Part shown: piece after piece, positions 21,376-30,860 of the stretch | Layout: the number at the start of each line of letters is the position of its first letter | Position numbering within the stretch: position 1 is the stretch's first letter | NCBI GenBank assembly: GCA_038897215.1 | Contig: JAWAWX010000001.1 | Span: 864,001-928,000 of the forward strand | Length of the DNA: 64,000 bases | Origin: Acidilobaceae archaeon | Lineage (GTDB): Archaea; Thermoproteota; Thermoprotei_A; Sulfolobales; Acidilobaceae | Reading direction: 5' to 3' | Position numbers and translations under genes: made by a program | The notes under the pieces: generated by a model | The model's input: the letters and a program-made list of their open reading frames with translations, nothing else | Databases searched by the model: none | Told to the model about the DNA's origin: nothing

Positions 21376-22377
21376 CTAGGGGGAGGTTTTAACGATGTCT
21401 ATGAACACTCCTAGCTTTCTCTCTAGAGCCTTCCCGTAGACTAGCCGGGCTGTAGCCACATCCTGTATAGCTAGCCCCGTGGAGTCGAAGATCGTTATCT
21501 CTTCGTCTAGCACTCTGCCGGGCTTCTTGCCCGCCACGACTTCTCCTAGCTCAGCATAGATGTCCTCCATCGATATGATCCCCTGAGATAGCGGCACGTT
21601 GATCTCACCGCTGTGAGAAGCTTGCTCTAGGTCGTCGACTACTATCTTGGCTGTCTTCAAGATAGCCGGGTCTAGCTCCTGCTTTCCGGGAGCATCTGCT
21701 CCTATCGCGTTTATGTGTGTACCCGGCTCCACCCACTCCTTCTTCACCACCGGTCCTCTCGCTGGGGTAGCTGTAACCAGGACGTCTACTCCTCTGGTAG
21801 CGCATTCCGCGTTATCGCATACGATCACGTCTACTCCGAGAGCTCTCTCGACTTCTCTCTTGTAGTTTTCTGCTTTAGAGCGGATTATGTCGAAAATCTT
21901 GACTTTCTCGATCTTCATAACCCTAGAGGAGTAGACTGTTTGAATGTGCCCCTGAACCCCGGCTCCTATCACTCCGAGAATCCTGGAGTCTCTTCTAGCC
22001 AGGTACTTGATAGCTATCGCTCCTCCAGCTCCTGTTCTGTGATTCGTAATCAGTGTCCCGTCCATGACCGAGAGAGGAGTCCCAGTCTCGGGGTCTACGA
22101 GGAGTATCGTAGCCATCACTGTAAAGATCCCTCTCTTGGGGTTATCTGGGTGAACGTTGACAACCTTGACTCCCGCCATCCCCAGTTTGGGTATGTATGC
22201 AGGCATGACTCTCAAGTCTCCGTTGTACTCTGTGAAGAATAGATACATTTTCGGAGGCATCTGAACCCTGCCTAGCCCCTTCTCCCTGAAGGCCTCCTCT
22301 ACAGCAGATATCACCTCATCGGGGTCTAAGAGGGGCTCTATGTCTTTCCAGGAGAGAACCAGGACTCCCGTAGCCAT
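21376..22377 (-). CDS. ala: Alanine dehydrogenase, ornithine cyclodeaminase/mu-crystallin family
   Basis: GDLRVMPAY, VKVVNVHPDN, RTGA, IGAGVQ, FDSTGLAIQD; start reassigned to ATG 22377 (MATGVLVL). Confidence 0.88.
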   Translation of the reverse strand: MATGVLVLSWKDIEPLLDPDEVISAVEEAFREKGLGRVQMPPKMYLFFTEYNGDLRVMPAYIPKLGMAGVKVVNVHPDNPKRGIFTVMATILLVDPETGTPLSVMDGTLITNHRTGAGGAIAIKYLARRDSRILGVIGAGVQGHIQTVYSSRVMKIEKVKIFDIIRSKAENYKREVERALGVDVIVCDNAECATRGVDVLVTATPARGPVVKKEWVEPGTHINAIGADAPGKQELDPAILKTAKIVVDDLEQASHSGEINVPLSQGIISMEDIYAELGEVVAGKKPGRVLDEEITIFDSTGLAIQDVATARLVYGKALERKLGVFIDIVKTSP

Positions 22378-22630
22378 CCATATCAGCCGATCTAAGAGTA
22401 TGCGAGTGGCTTTAAAGAATGCTCTACTCTCGAGAAGAGAGCTAAGAGCTCTCTCCCATGAAGCCCTGAAGGGCTGTCGAGACGAGTTCTCTCTGACCTC
22501 CCGCGAGGTAGAGAGTATGAGAGAGCACACTCAGCCATAGGCTCAGCTACTTCTCGCTAGCTTTAACGCCAAGCTTCTATAGCTCGAGCCCAGCTTGTGA
22601 GATGAGCTATTAGGGTATGAGTATCGAATA

Positions 22631-23821
22631 CTAGACTGCTAGAAAGACCGCTGATGTGATCAGCAAAAACGCTAGAGACGCTGGGACTAGGAGCTTGTAC
22701 GCATCGATTAAGCTCACGTTGTAGTATCTCAGAGTGTAGACCAAGCATAGGTGGAGAGGAGAGACCATGTAGCCTGTGAAAGCCGCCACGTATATGAGAG
22801 CGACTTCATTCACAGTGAGAGTCTTGAGAGCAGAGACCATAGGTATGGAGACAGAGACGCTCACACTAGCTGCTCCCGAGAGAACCCCGAATAGAGCGGG
22901 GACTGCTATGAGAGCTAGAGCTCCCACCTTAGAGCCTATCGAGTTTATGCTCGAGTAGTCGGCTACAGCGAATACCTCTCTGAGAACGAGAGCTGAGAAC
23001 GTTACCATCACTATATCCCAGACTGTGTGGTCTCTGATAGGGGAGAGAGCCTTGGAGAACGAGGAGCCCGATGCTATGATGAAGACGGGTATCGATAACG
23101 CTACTCCGACTAAGACAGCGAGTCTAGAGCTCAGACCAGCCATCTCTCCGCATATAGCTATAGATATGGATGTAAGCATGGGAGCCAAGCTTCTAGCCAG
23201 CTTCCCGAAGTCGGGGGAACTCTTCTCGAGGACTCCGTCACTCTCTCTTATCGCTATGAGTCCTATCAAGACCATTACTAGAGAGGCTACCAGAGCCCAA
23301 GCTACAAGAGCCCAGAGGCTGACCCCAGCTAGGCTAGCGGTCATCACTATAATCGAGTTGAGGGGGTACGCTATCACCAAAGCGTGCCTAAACCATACGT
23401 TGACGAAAAGCTTCTTCAGAGAAGTCCATCCGAGCCTATCTCCAATCTCGTTGACCACGGGAGCCGACATTAGCGCGCCTCCTGGAACAGGGAGGAGTCC
23501 GAGAACAGCAGGGATTCCCGCTGCTGCCACTCTCGGGCTCCTCAGAGCTCTCGATAGCTCTTCTCCGAGAACTTCAGCGACTCCCGTGTTCCTATAGAGT
23601 GAGACAAGCCAGGCTACGGCGGCTACTCCGGCTATGGCTTCGAGAGTGTAGTAGTTTGAGAGAACGCTCGCGTAGACCTCAGGTATGCGAGCTAGGCCGC
23701 TGGTAACAGCTATGGCGATAAGCGAAGCTGAAGATATAGCTATAGAGGGTGGTAGTCTAGCTAGAGATGCTGCTACTACGACCACTACAACTAAGACCCC
23801 TACTGCTAGCGCGTCAGCCAA
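22631..23821 (-). CDS. DUF401 family membrane protein (putative transporter)
   Basis: GLLPVPGGALMSAP, NVWFRH, GYMVSPLHLCL. Confidence 0.85.
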   Translation of the reverse strand: MADALAVGVLVVVVVVAASLARLPPSIAISSASLIAIAVTSGLARIPEVYASVLSNYYTLEAIAGVAAVAWLVSLYRNTGVAEVLGEELSRALRSPRVAAAGIPAVLGLLPVPGGALMSAPVVNEIGDRLGWTSLKKLFVNVWFRHALVIAYPLNSIIVMTASLAGVSLWALVAWALVASLVMVLIGLIAIRESDGVLEKSSPDFGKLARSLAPMLTSISIAICGEMAGLSSRLAVLVGVALSIPVFIIASGSSFSKALSPIRDHTVWDIVMVTFSALVLREVFAVADYSSINSIGSKVGALALIAVPALFGVLSGAASVSVSVSIPMVSALKTLTVNEVALIYVAAFTGYMVSPLHLCLVYTLRYYNVSLIDAYKLLVPASLAFLLITSAVFLAV

Positions 23822-23823
23822 GT

Positions 23824-24456
23824 CTACTCGACCTCGATTGCTGAGAACCGGAGAGAGTAGAAGGCTATGAGGAGAAATACTGCCCCAAGGAGCTCGAGAA
23901 GAGGAGCTATAGCTATCGTGAAGACTAAGATTATCGAGATAGAGCGGCTCAAGAAAGCTAACCCAGCTTTTCTAAACGAGTCTATACCCGTGGCTCTAGT
24001 CGCTGAGCTCATGGCTTTATACAAGAAGAAGCCGTTTGCTAGAAGACCGAGAGCTATGAGAGCAAGAGACGCAACTCCAAACAAGAGAGCTGCTAGAAGA
24101 CCGAGGACTAGCGACCGAGAGAACGCTATGGCGACCGCTACGATGAGAGCAAGCCCCCACGCTGAAGCTAGCAGCGAGATGAATGCTAGCAGAGCGTCTC
24201 TGAAGATAGAGGGTCTTCTGGCTACTCGAGAAACAGCGCGCAAAGCCAGCAGAACAAGCAACCAGCCAGTAATCCACAACGCCGGCGACGCGAGCAAGAG
24301 AGTGCGAGACCAGGAGCCCAATAGACTCCTTTCTCTCTCGAGCTCTACGATAGTAGCGTACACGGCTAGAACTACAGCCAGAAAAGCTAGCAGAAGCGAT
24401 GCGAGCACGAGAAGCGAGCCCGCGAGCCCCAGTAGCCTAGCAGTGCTCGAGGCCAA
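23824..24456 (-). CDS. DUF996-like membrane protein
   Basis: Hydrophobic repeats (ARLLGLAGSLL, SIFRDAL, FRKAG); start moved to TTG 24456 because the upstream ORF extension overlaps an sRNA and its promoter. Confidence 0.65.
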   Translation of the reverse strand: MASSTARLLGLAGSLLVLASLLLAFLAVVLAVYATIVELERERSLLGSWSRTLLLASPALWITGWLLVLLALRAVSRVARRPSIFRDALLAFISLLASAWGLALIVAVAIAFSRSLVLGLLAALLFGVASLALIALGLLANGFFLYKAMSSATRATGIDSFRKAGLAFLSRSISIILVFTIAIAPLLELLGAVFLLIAFYSLRFSAIEVE

Positions 24457-24603
24457 CTCAGACTCTGCCCTCTCGGAGTCGGCGAAGCGAGAAGACCTAA
24501 TAGCAGATATTGCTGAGAACTCTCTTCCACTTTTAGCGGACTCTATGAGACTCGAGAATAGCTCCGCAGAGAGCGAGAGGTCTGCGCGCGAGGAGGAGGT
24601 CGA

Positions 24604-24616
24604 GAAAGCTTTAAAG
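24604..24616 (+). promoter_or_regulatory. BRE/TATA promoter of the box C/D sRNA
   Basis: GAAAGCTTTAAAG about 24 nt upstream of the sRNA 5' end. Confidence 0.7.
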
Positions 24617-24638
24617 GGTAATAGCCGGTCTTCAATAA

Positions 24639-24703
24639 CGAGGGAGATGAGGAGTTCGGCAGGACCCGAGGTTGGTGAAGAGATACCCATGGACCGATCC
24701 TCG
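24639..24703 (+). ncRNA. Box C/D sRNA, probably guiding two sites near the 16S rRNA 5' end
   Basis: Stem CGAGG/CCTCG; C ATGAGGA, guide GTTCGGCAGGAC, D' CCGA, C' GTGAAGA, guide GATACCCATGGA, D CCGA; guides complement conserved archaeal 16S UCCUGCCGGAC and CCAUGGG. Confidence 0.88.
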
Positions 24704-24727
24704 AGTCGAGACGCTAGAGCCGAGGCT

Positions 24728-25288
24728 CTACCAGAACTTAGCGAGGCCAAGAGCTAGCCCTATGATAGCTGAGACGACTATGAGTATCACGGGGTCTGCT
24801 CTAAGCAAGTGGAACGCTACGAAGCAGGCGAAAGCTATGAGAGCTGTCACCATGACCTGAGACTGGCTTAGCCCTGAGATGGACGCATTCGCTATCGATA
24901 TCAGTGCTCCAGCAACCAGCCCCACCACCGCCCCCCTGACTCCCTTGAGAGCACTCTGTACTAGAGGGCTGTCGTAGTACTTGAGGAGAGCGGACGCTAT
25001 AGCCAGTATTATCGCGAAAGCCGGCAGAGCTAGAGCCGTAGTCGCTACTAGAGCCCCAAGGATACCCGCCTTCTTGAAGCCAACGTAGGTAGCTATGTTT
25101 AGAGATATGGGTCCGGGGGTTGACTCAGCTATAGCCAGTATGTCTAAGAACTCCTTATCGCTGAGCCACTTCCTCTTAATGACGAGCTCATACTTAGCCA
25201 GAGAGATCATAGTGTAGCCTCCGCCCATCATGAAGAAACCGATCTTGAAGAAGACGAGGAAGAGTTCAGCGAGCACTCCGAAGTCCAA
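24728..25288 (-). CDS. chrA: Short-chain chromate transporter (CHR family)
   Basis: FFKIG..GGGY, AIAESTPGP, TYVG. Confidence 0.9.
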   Translation of the reverse strand: MDFGVLAELFLVFFKIGFFMMGGGYTMISLAKYELVIKRKWLSDKEFLDILAIAESTPGPISLNIATYVGFKKAGILGALVATTALALPAFAIILAIASALLKYYDSPLVQSALKGVRGAVVGLVAGALISIANASISGLSQSQVMVTALIAFACFVAFHLLRADPVILIVVSAIIGLALGLAKFW

Positions 25289-25341
25289 AGCTAAGCCCTT
25301 CTAGCGCTCGATAAGGAAGAGAGGCTTAAATCTTGCTCCGT

Positions 25342-26883
25342 CTAGTCTCTGGGCCAGTATCTATCGTAGATCTCGCGGGCTCTCTCGAGAGCAGGCTCGA
25401 TGTAGGACTGGTAGTCGATAGCCTCTATGGCTACAGGCTCTAAGACTAGCTCTCTAAGCCAGAACACTCCGATTCCTAGAGCGAGGCTAGCTACTACGCT
25501 CAGAGAAGCGAGTAGCAACTGAGCTAAGACCCACATTCTCGCGCTATCTCTCTGCTCTGATGAGGCTCTCAGGATCGCTATGAGAGGCGCCAGACTACTG
25601 ACCACGACTGAGGCGGCGAATAGAGCTAGCGAAGCAGGCTTGTCTAAAAGAGCTAGGAGAGCTAGGAGCTTGCCGAAGAAGCTCGAGAACGGTGGAGCTC
25701 CAGCAGCTACCAGAGCTCCTGCTGTCGCTAAGAGAGGTCTTCCTATCGCCTGCGGGCTCTCCAGGATATCGCAGAGAGAGAAGAGAGCTATGGAGAGCAC
25801 TACGTGACTTAGAGCGAGATACACGAAAGCCTCGATAGCTCTAGGCCCGCCGGCTGAGAGCACGACGAAGATAATCCCCGCGTCCATAACCAGGTAGTAC
25901 GCCAGCATCCTCCTGAAGCTCTGCCTAGCTAGAATCGCTAGAGCTCCGTATACGACCCCGCCTAGCCCTAGAGCGAAGAGCGCCACCTTGACCGTGGCTA
26001 GAGCCTCGCCAGCGTAGGGATGGCTGGAGTGCACGGTGTAGAGCATCCTGGCCACCACGTACACAGCAACCACCTCCTTGCCTCCAGCTAAGAGTATCGC
26101 TACAGGCGTAGAGATCCTCTCGTAGAGGTCGGGCATCCAGAAGTGTAGAGGGAATAGCCCAGCTGAGAGCCCGAAAGCTAGCACGACGCTAGCCAGCAAC
26201 AAGCCCGAAGCCAGCTCGGGGCTCCCCGCGACCCCCCCGCTTATCATAGCGACCCCCGCGGAGTGCAGGGATTTTGCTATGTAGTCGGGTATGCTCAGCG
26301 TCCCGTAAGACCCGTAGACTGTTATCGCTACTATGAACATGTAGAATGCAACAACTAAACTCGAGCTGATGACATACCTGAAGGCTGCTCGGACGACTCT
26401 CCTATCGAGCCCGCCCACTACTGCTAAGCCGACGCTGGCTACGCTAACAACCTCCCACATGACGAAGAGGTGGAAGAAGTCGGCCGTGAAGAGAACTCCT
26501 AGCAGACCAGCCTCCACGACTAGAGCGAACGCCTGGAAGAGTATCTTGGAGCCAGGAGAGCCTCTTGAAAGCCAGAAGACAGCTATGGAGATCGTGGTCG
26601 TGAGAGATACTAGCAGAGCTATAGTAAAGCTCAGAGAGTCAGCCACGTAGACTATGCCGAGAGGGAGCGGCCAGCCTCCAAACATGTAGACTAGAGGCTC
26701 TCCTCCCATTAGAGTTGTGTGAGCAAAACCAGCGATGACTAACACTGTGACTAGAAGCTGGGCTATGGAGAAGACGGAGACCGCATAGGCGACTCGGAGC
26801 GCTCCAGGTAGCACTATTCCCGCGAGGCTAGCGAAGCTCGCGGCGAGCAAGATTATGGGAGTAGTTAAAGCTAGCTCCTTCAC
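25342..26883 (-). CDS. mrpD: Mrp/Mnh antiporter subunit D-like (MbhH/NuoN superfamily)
   Basis: GGWPLPLGI, DFFHLFVMWEV, FPLHFWMPD, GAPPFSSFFGK. Confidence 0.85.
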   Translation of the reverse strand: MKELALTTPIILLAASFASLAGIVLPGALRVAYAVSVFSIAQLLVTVLVIAGFAHTTLMGGEPLVYMFGGWPLPLGIVYVADSLSFTIALLVSLTTTISIAVFWLSRGSPGSKILFQAFALVVEAGLLGVLFTADFFHLFVMWEVVSVASVGLAVVGGLDRRVVRAAFRYVISSSLVVAFYMFIVAITVYGSYGTLSIPDYIAKSLHSAGVAMISGGVAGSPELASGLLLASVVLAFGLSAGLFPLHFWMPDLYERISTPVAILLAGGKEVVAVYVVARMLYTVHSSHPYAGEALATVKVALFALGLGGVVYGALAILARQSFRRMLAYYLVMDAGIIFVVLSAGGPRAIEAFVYLALSHVVLSIALFSLCDILESPQAIGRPLLATAGALVAAGAPPFSSFFGKLLALLALLDKPASLALFAASVVVSSLAPLIAILRASSEQRDSARMWVLAQLLLASLSVVASLALGIGVFWLRELVLEPVAIEAIDYQSYIEPALERAREIYDRYWPRD

Positions 26884-26893
26884 GTACCGCCAC

Positions 26894-27418
26894 CTAATCT
26901 ATTATTCTACGAACATAGTCCTCCATCCACCCAACGATCTCTCTCTTGGCTACATCGTCGCTGAGCGCTTCAGGGTTAAGCCAGTGGACGTGTAGAATGC
27001 CCTCAGGCCCTTTCTTCTCAAAGTCCACTACAGCAGTCCCCGGCGTGCTGGTTATGAGGTGAGCTAGAGCAGCGAGAGTGTACTCACTACCATAGACCCT
27101 AACTGGGACTATCGCCGCGCTGATCTGACTCCGGGGGTCTAGTATGGCTTTAGCTATCTTGAGATGAGATGTGGCCATTGCTAGGAGGAATCGCGCGTTT
27201 AGGATAACGAAGAGAGCGACCCTACGGGGGTCTATCGCTTTGTATGGGTTGAAGGGGAGGAACTCTGAGAGAGCTATGGCCACCACTAGAGTGACTGCAG
27301 CTACCTTGACTAGAGCCTCGACGAGAGGCTCGTAGGGTGAGGTAAATGCTATCGTGTAAGCGGAGGCGAATAAAGCCCAGAGGACTAGCGTTCTGAGCAC
27401 TCTCTCCCTCCAGCTCAT
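26894..27418 (-). CDS. mrpE: Mrp antiporter subunit E
   Basis: LAHLITSTPGTAVVD, LHVHWL; start ATG 27418 overlaps the mrpC stop (ATGA). Confidence 0.85.
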   Translation of the reverse strand: MSWRERVLRTLVLWALFASAYTIAFTSPYEPLVEALVKVAAVTLVVAIALSEFLPFNPYKAIDPRRVALFVILNARFLLAMATSHLKIAKAILDPRSQISAAIVPVRVYGSEYTLAALAHLITSTPGTAVVDFEKKGPEGILHVHWLNPEALSDDVAKREIVGWMEDYVRRIID

Positions 27419-27783
27419 TCTCCCGCACTCTCCTCGCGCTCTATCTGAGTAGCCAGGAACGTCATGAGGACCAGCGACGCCAGCCCCACTACTAGAGCCG
27501 TTATCACCAAGCACTGAACTAGAGGGTCTACGGAGCTCTCTACAACAGTCTCTAGAGCTGTCTCGCCAGCCTTGGGCACGATGGGAGGCAGAGGCTTTTC
27601 GCTAGCTATCCTGTAGCCTAAGAAGACTATCGTTATGCAGAACAGGTCTGCGAGCATTGAGAAGGCTACTATCCTACTGAGACTATGAGACCTCACTGCT
27701 ACCCCGTAAAGCGCTGCCGCCATGGAGGCGATGAGGATCGCGTAGACTGAAGCTCTGAAAGCTAGACTCTCCCAGGACTCCAT
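27415..27783 (-). CDS. mrpC: Mrp antiporter subunit C
   Basis: PPI...DPLVQCLVITALVVG. Confidence 0.88.
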   Translation of the reverse strand: MESWESLAFRASVYAILIASMAAALYGVAVRSHSLSRIVAFSMLADLFCITIVFLGYRIASEKPLPPIVPKAGETALETVVESSVDPLVQCLVITALVVGLASLVLMTFLATQIEREESAGE

Positions 27784-28829
27784 CTCAGCCTCCTCCTTAT
27801 CCCGGAGTAGACCTCCTCGGGGGCCAGGAGGAGGAGGAAGGCTAGAGAGAAGCCGCTCGCTGTCACCACCGCCTCGAGGACATCGTATATCTTTATGGAC
27901 TTGTCTATGCTCACGAAGAAAAAGTCTATTCTGAAGCCTCCGAACTCGAGCCAGGGCTTAGCTTGGTTCTGTAGAGCTGCCCCTCCTAGAGCTATGGGAG
28001 CAAGAGCTACCAGAGCTAGACCCAGGACTCCTAGCGTGAGCCCTGCTGCTAGCCTCCACTCCTTGAAGCCTAGCCGCCTGAAGTAGAGTCCCGAGAATGC
28101 AGCCATGAGTATCGCTGGGGCTATCGCTAGAGTGACGCCACTCTGAAAGCCCCCGCCCGGGAGGTGGTCTGATAGAAGTAGAGCGATCGCTACTACGATA
28201 GTGATCGCTGAGACTATCTTGACGCTGATCTTCGACAACACTGAAAGCTCTACTTCTCTCTCCTTACCCGACTTCAGCTTGAGGAATCTAAAGGAAGCAA
28301 CTCCAGCCAGGATGGCGACAGTGAGCACTGTTATCTCGAAGAGCGTGTCTACACCCCTGTAGTCCCAGAGTATGGAGACTACTACCTTGTTCTCCCCGCT
28401 CCACCAATCTCTCGCTGTCTCGTTGTAGGCTATCTGGAGATACCTCTTTCCCAGCTCCTTGATCTCCTCTGAAGGAGACCCGCCCGTCACATCGTAGACT
28501 ATCACGGATAACGCTATCAGAGCTGCGATAAGCGCGAAGAGAGTCGAGGAGGCTAGCTTGAAGGACCTCGCGGGCTCTCCGCGAGTCTCGTGCCTCGGCG
28601 TTCTTCTAAGAGCGTCGACGAATAGTATTGTGTAGGCTCCAACGCTTATAGGGAGGTACACTAGGACTAGCTCTGGAGCTTGGAAGACCACTAAAGCCAT
28701 GACAAGAGATAGCGATTGAAGAGAAGACTTTACTATCAGTTTGAGCACGTCTCTCTCTAAGACCGCTGAGAGGGTAGCTGTGAAGCAGATGAGTAGGAAG
28801 TAGAGCAGGATAACCTCGTCTAGCCTCAT
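27762..28829 (-). CDS. mrpB: Mrp subunit B fused to an MrpA C-terminal (DUF4040-like) segment
   Basis: FQAPEL, VVSILWDYRGVDTLFEITV, PGGGFQSG. Confidence 0.85.
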   Translation of the reverse strand: MRLDEVILLYFLLICFTATLSAVLERDVLKLIVKSSLQSLSLVMALVVFQAPELVLVYLPISVGAYTILFVDALRRTPRHETRGEPARSFKLASSTLFALIAALIALSVIVYDVTGGSPSEEIKELGKRYLQIAYNETARDWWSGENKVVVSILWDYRGVDTLFEITVLTVAILAGVASFRFLKLKSGKEREVELSVLSKISVKIVSAITIVVAIALLLSDHLPGGGFQSGVTLAIAPAILMAAFSGLYFRRLGFKEWRLAAGLTLGVLGLALVALAPIALGGAALQNQAKPWLEFGGFRIDFFFVSIDKSIKIYDVLEAVVTASGFSLAFLLLLAPEEVYSGIRRRLRWSPGRV

Positions 28830-29197
28830 CCGCTCCCCTCTAGCCTCTCTCTCAGAGAGTCTCTTAGCAAACCCACGGGTTTGACCTCACCGCTCCTATA
28901 CGCTGCTCTAGCTAGAGCGTGAGACGCTACAGCTGACACGACCACGATGGTGACCGATGTGAGTAGACATGTAGCGAATATCGTGAAACGTATTGCGCTC
29001 AAGCTGTCGACGCCTAGAGCTAGAAGACCGATGCCTAGTAGCGGTAGAGACGCTCCACCAATAGCGCCTATGGTGGCAGCGTGAAGCCTAGAGTAGAAGT
29101 CCGGCAGTCTCTGGAACCCTATGGCTGCAATCAGGTCGAAGAGAGCCCCCACAGTAGCCAGAGCCAAGCCCGCGGCTACTACCAGAGTGTCGATCAA
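28826..29197 (-). CDS. mrpG: Mrp antiporter subunit G
   Basis: RLPDFYSRLHAAT, SHALARAAY. Confidence 0.92.
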   Translation of the reverse strand: MIDTLVVAAGLALATVGALFDLIAAIGFQRLPDFYSRLHAATIGAIGGASLPLLGIGLLALGVDSLSAIRFTIFATCLLTSVTIVVVSAVASHALARAAYRSGEVKPVGLLRDSLRERLEGSG

Positions 29198-29520
29198 GAC
29201 GCTTCAACCCTCCGTGCAGCCCTGTACTCCAAGTATTTGGCCACGTAGAGGTCCATAGTGAAAGTCCAGAGAGCTAGGAAGAGTGAGGCTACAGCCGGGT
29301 AGTGAGACCTGTAATATATAGCGAGAACGGCTAGAAAGAAGCAGGTGTTAAACGAGAGGCTCGATAGAGCCAGAACCATGTCGGGGACCGTGGGGCCTCT
29401 CAGCACTCTGATGATGTAGAGGATGGAGGAGACTATGTAGAGAGGTACGATCACGTAAGCTAGATAAGCGTCAACTAGTCCCGCTAAGCTCAACCACGTG
29501 TCACCACAATGCTCCCCCAT
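29194..29520 (-). CDS. mrpF: Mrp antiporter subunit F
   Basis: RVLRGPTVPDMVLA, AKYLE. Confidence 0.88.
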   Translation of the reverse strand: MGEHCGDTWLSLAGLVDAYLAYVIVPLYIVSSILYIIRVLRGPTVPDMVLALSSLSFNTCFFLAVLAIYYRSHYPAVASLFLALWTFTMDLYVAKYLEYRAARRVEAS

Positions 29521-29522
29521 TC

Positions 29523-30860
29523 TCAGCCTATAAACCTAGTGAAATACGCAGCGAGAACAAACCCTCCAGCTATTAGAACGAGAGAGAGAAGAGAGACCGA
29601 GACCAGCGTTAGAGCCGGTGAGGCCCTGGGCTCCGCCTCAGTCTCTGATCTCACCCAGACCACGTAGATGAATCTGACAGCTATGGCTACAGCTAGAGCT
29701 AGGCCTAGTGCTAAGAGAGCCGCTATAGCTATAGACATCGTGCACTCAGAGGGAGCCATGAGGATCAAGAAAAGTTCGCTGAAGAACTTGAGGGATGGCG
29801 GTGAGGGGAGTATCATGAAGAGCGTTGTCAAACCTATCGTGTACAAGACTGGGTGAGACCTAGCGCTACCTCTCAGCTTGTCTAGAAGCATGTCTCCCGA
29901 CGTCTTCTCCAACGCTCCAGAAAGCAGAAACCACGCTGACTTCGATATAACGTAGGCTACAACGTAGTAGCCGGCTATGTCTAGTAGCTTGAGAGAGTCA
30001 ACTGGGTCCTCGAGAACAGAGGCCGCTAGAACCAAGAGGACGGCGTTAGCGTGCGCTATAGAGGAGAAGGCTAGGACTTCTCTCGAGGTCTTAGATGCTA
30101 GACCTTGTAGAGACGCGTACACCATCGACAAGGCTCCTATCGCTGAAAGCAAGAGAGCTAGGCTAGACTCGCAGCCTGCTTCTCGTAGAGCTGGCAGTAT
30201 TAGAGTTCTACCCGCTACTTCTAGCATGAAGAGCATTGTCGCGCCCTCGAGAGAGACCGCGATAACTCCGAGATGAGGGGGGACAGCTGAGTATACGAGA
30301 ACAAGCCAATAGTGGAGAGGTATGGCTGGCAGTTTCAGGATGAGACCAGCGGCTATGAGCGCTCCTGCTAGAAGAGACCCCTCTCTCTCAAAGTCTTCAA
30401 ACCAGAAGCTGGCTCTCTCAGAGTAGGCTATGAGCACGCCTAGAGCTATGACTATGCCCGAGGCTACAGTAAAAACTGCTAGGAGCATTGCTGCAGTAGA
30501 GGCTCGTTCTCGAGCTCTAAAGAGGTAGAGGATTAGGGGGAAGCTGGAGAGCTCGTAGAAGACAAGCCACGCTACGAGATGCCTCGAGGCAGCAGCTAGG
30601 ACTAAGAGGAGAGCCGTGAGGACAAAGAGGGCTACCGTAGTTGCTCTATCTTCTCTCTCGAAGTCCCCCATGGCCAAGATGGATGATAGCACGGCTATGG
30701 TTATCGCTACGACTACTAGGAGAGAGGCTCCACTGAGATGAAAAAGAGAGGAGCTAGAGCTATCGCTAGAACCCTGAGAGACCGCGAGAAGAACTAGCGC
30801 TGACATGAGGGCAGCTACGAGTACGAGTCTAAAGCCGGTAACGGAGCCCAACTGTTTCAC
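29523..30860 (-). CDS. Second antiporter-like subunit (NuoM/HyfF/MrpD superfamily)
   Basis: FYELS, LKLPAIPLHYWL, LAFSSIAH, FFSE. Confidence 0.8.
   Translation of the reverse strand: MKQLGSVTGFRLVLVAALMSALVLLAVSQGSSDSSSSSLFHLSGASLLVVVAITIAVLSSILAMGDFEREDRATTVALFVLTALLLVLAAASRHLVAWLVFYELSSFPLILYLFRARERASTAAMLLAVFTVASGIVIALGVLIAYSERASFWFEDFEREGSLLAGALIAAGLILKLPAIPLHYWLVLVYSAVPPHLGVIAVSLEGATMLFMLEVAGRTLILPALREAGCESSLALLLSAIGALSMVYASLQGLASKTSREVLAFSSIAHANAVLLVLAASVLEDPVDSLKLLDIAGYYVVAYVISKSAWFLLSGALEKTSGDMLLDKLRGSARSHPVLYTIGLTTLFMILPSPPSLKFFSELFLILMAPSECTMSIAIAALLALGLALAVAIAVRFIYVVWVRSETEAEPRASPALTLVSVSLLSLVLIAGGFVLAAYFTRFIG

Noticed and set aside
22378-22530. N-terminal extension of alanine dehydrogenase
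   Set aside because: Family homology starts at MATGVLVL and a TATA-like TTTAAA lies within the extension.
24457-24750. N-terminal extension of the 308-aa minus-strand ORF
   Set aside because: Low-complexity Ser-rich translation overlapping chrA, a promoter and a C/D sRNA; a later start fits better.
23867-24757. 296-aa plus-strand ORF
   Set aside because: Ala/Arg/Ser-rich antisense shadow of the membrane gene; it also runs across an sRNA and its promoter.
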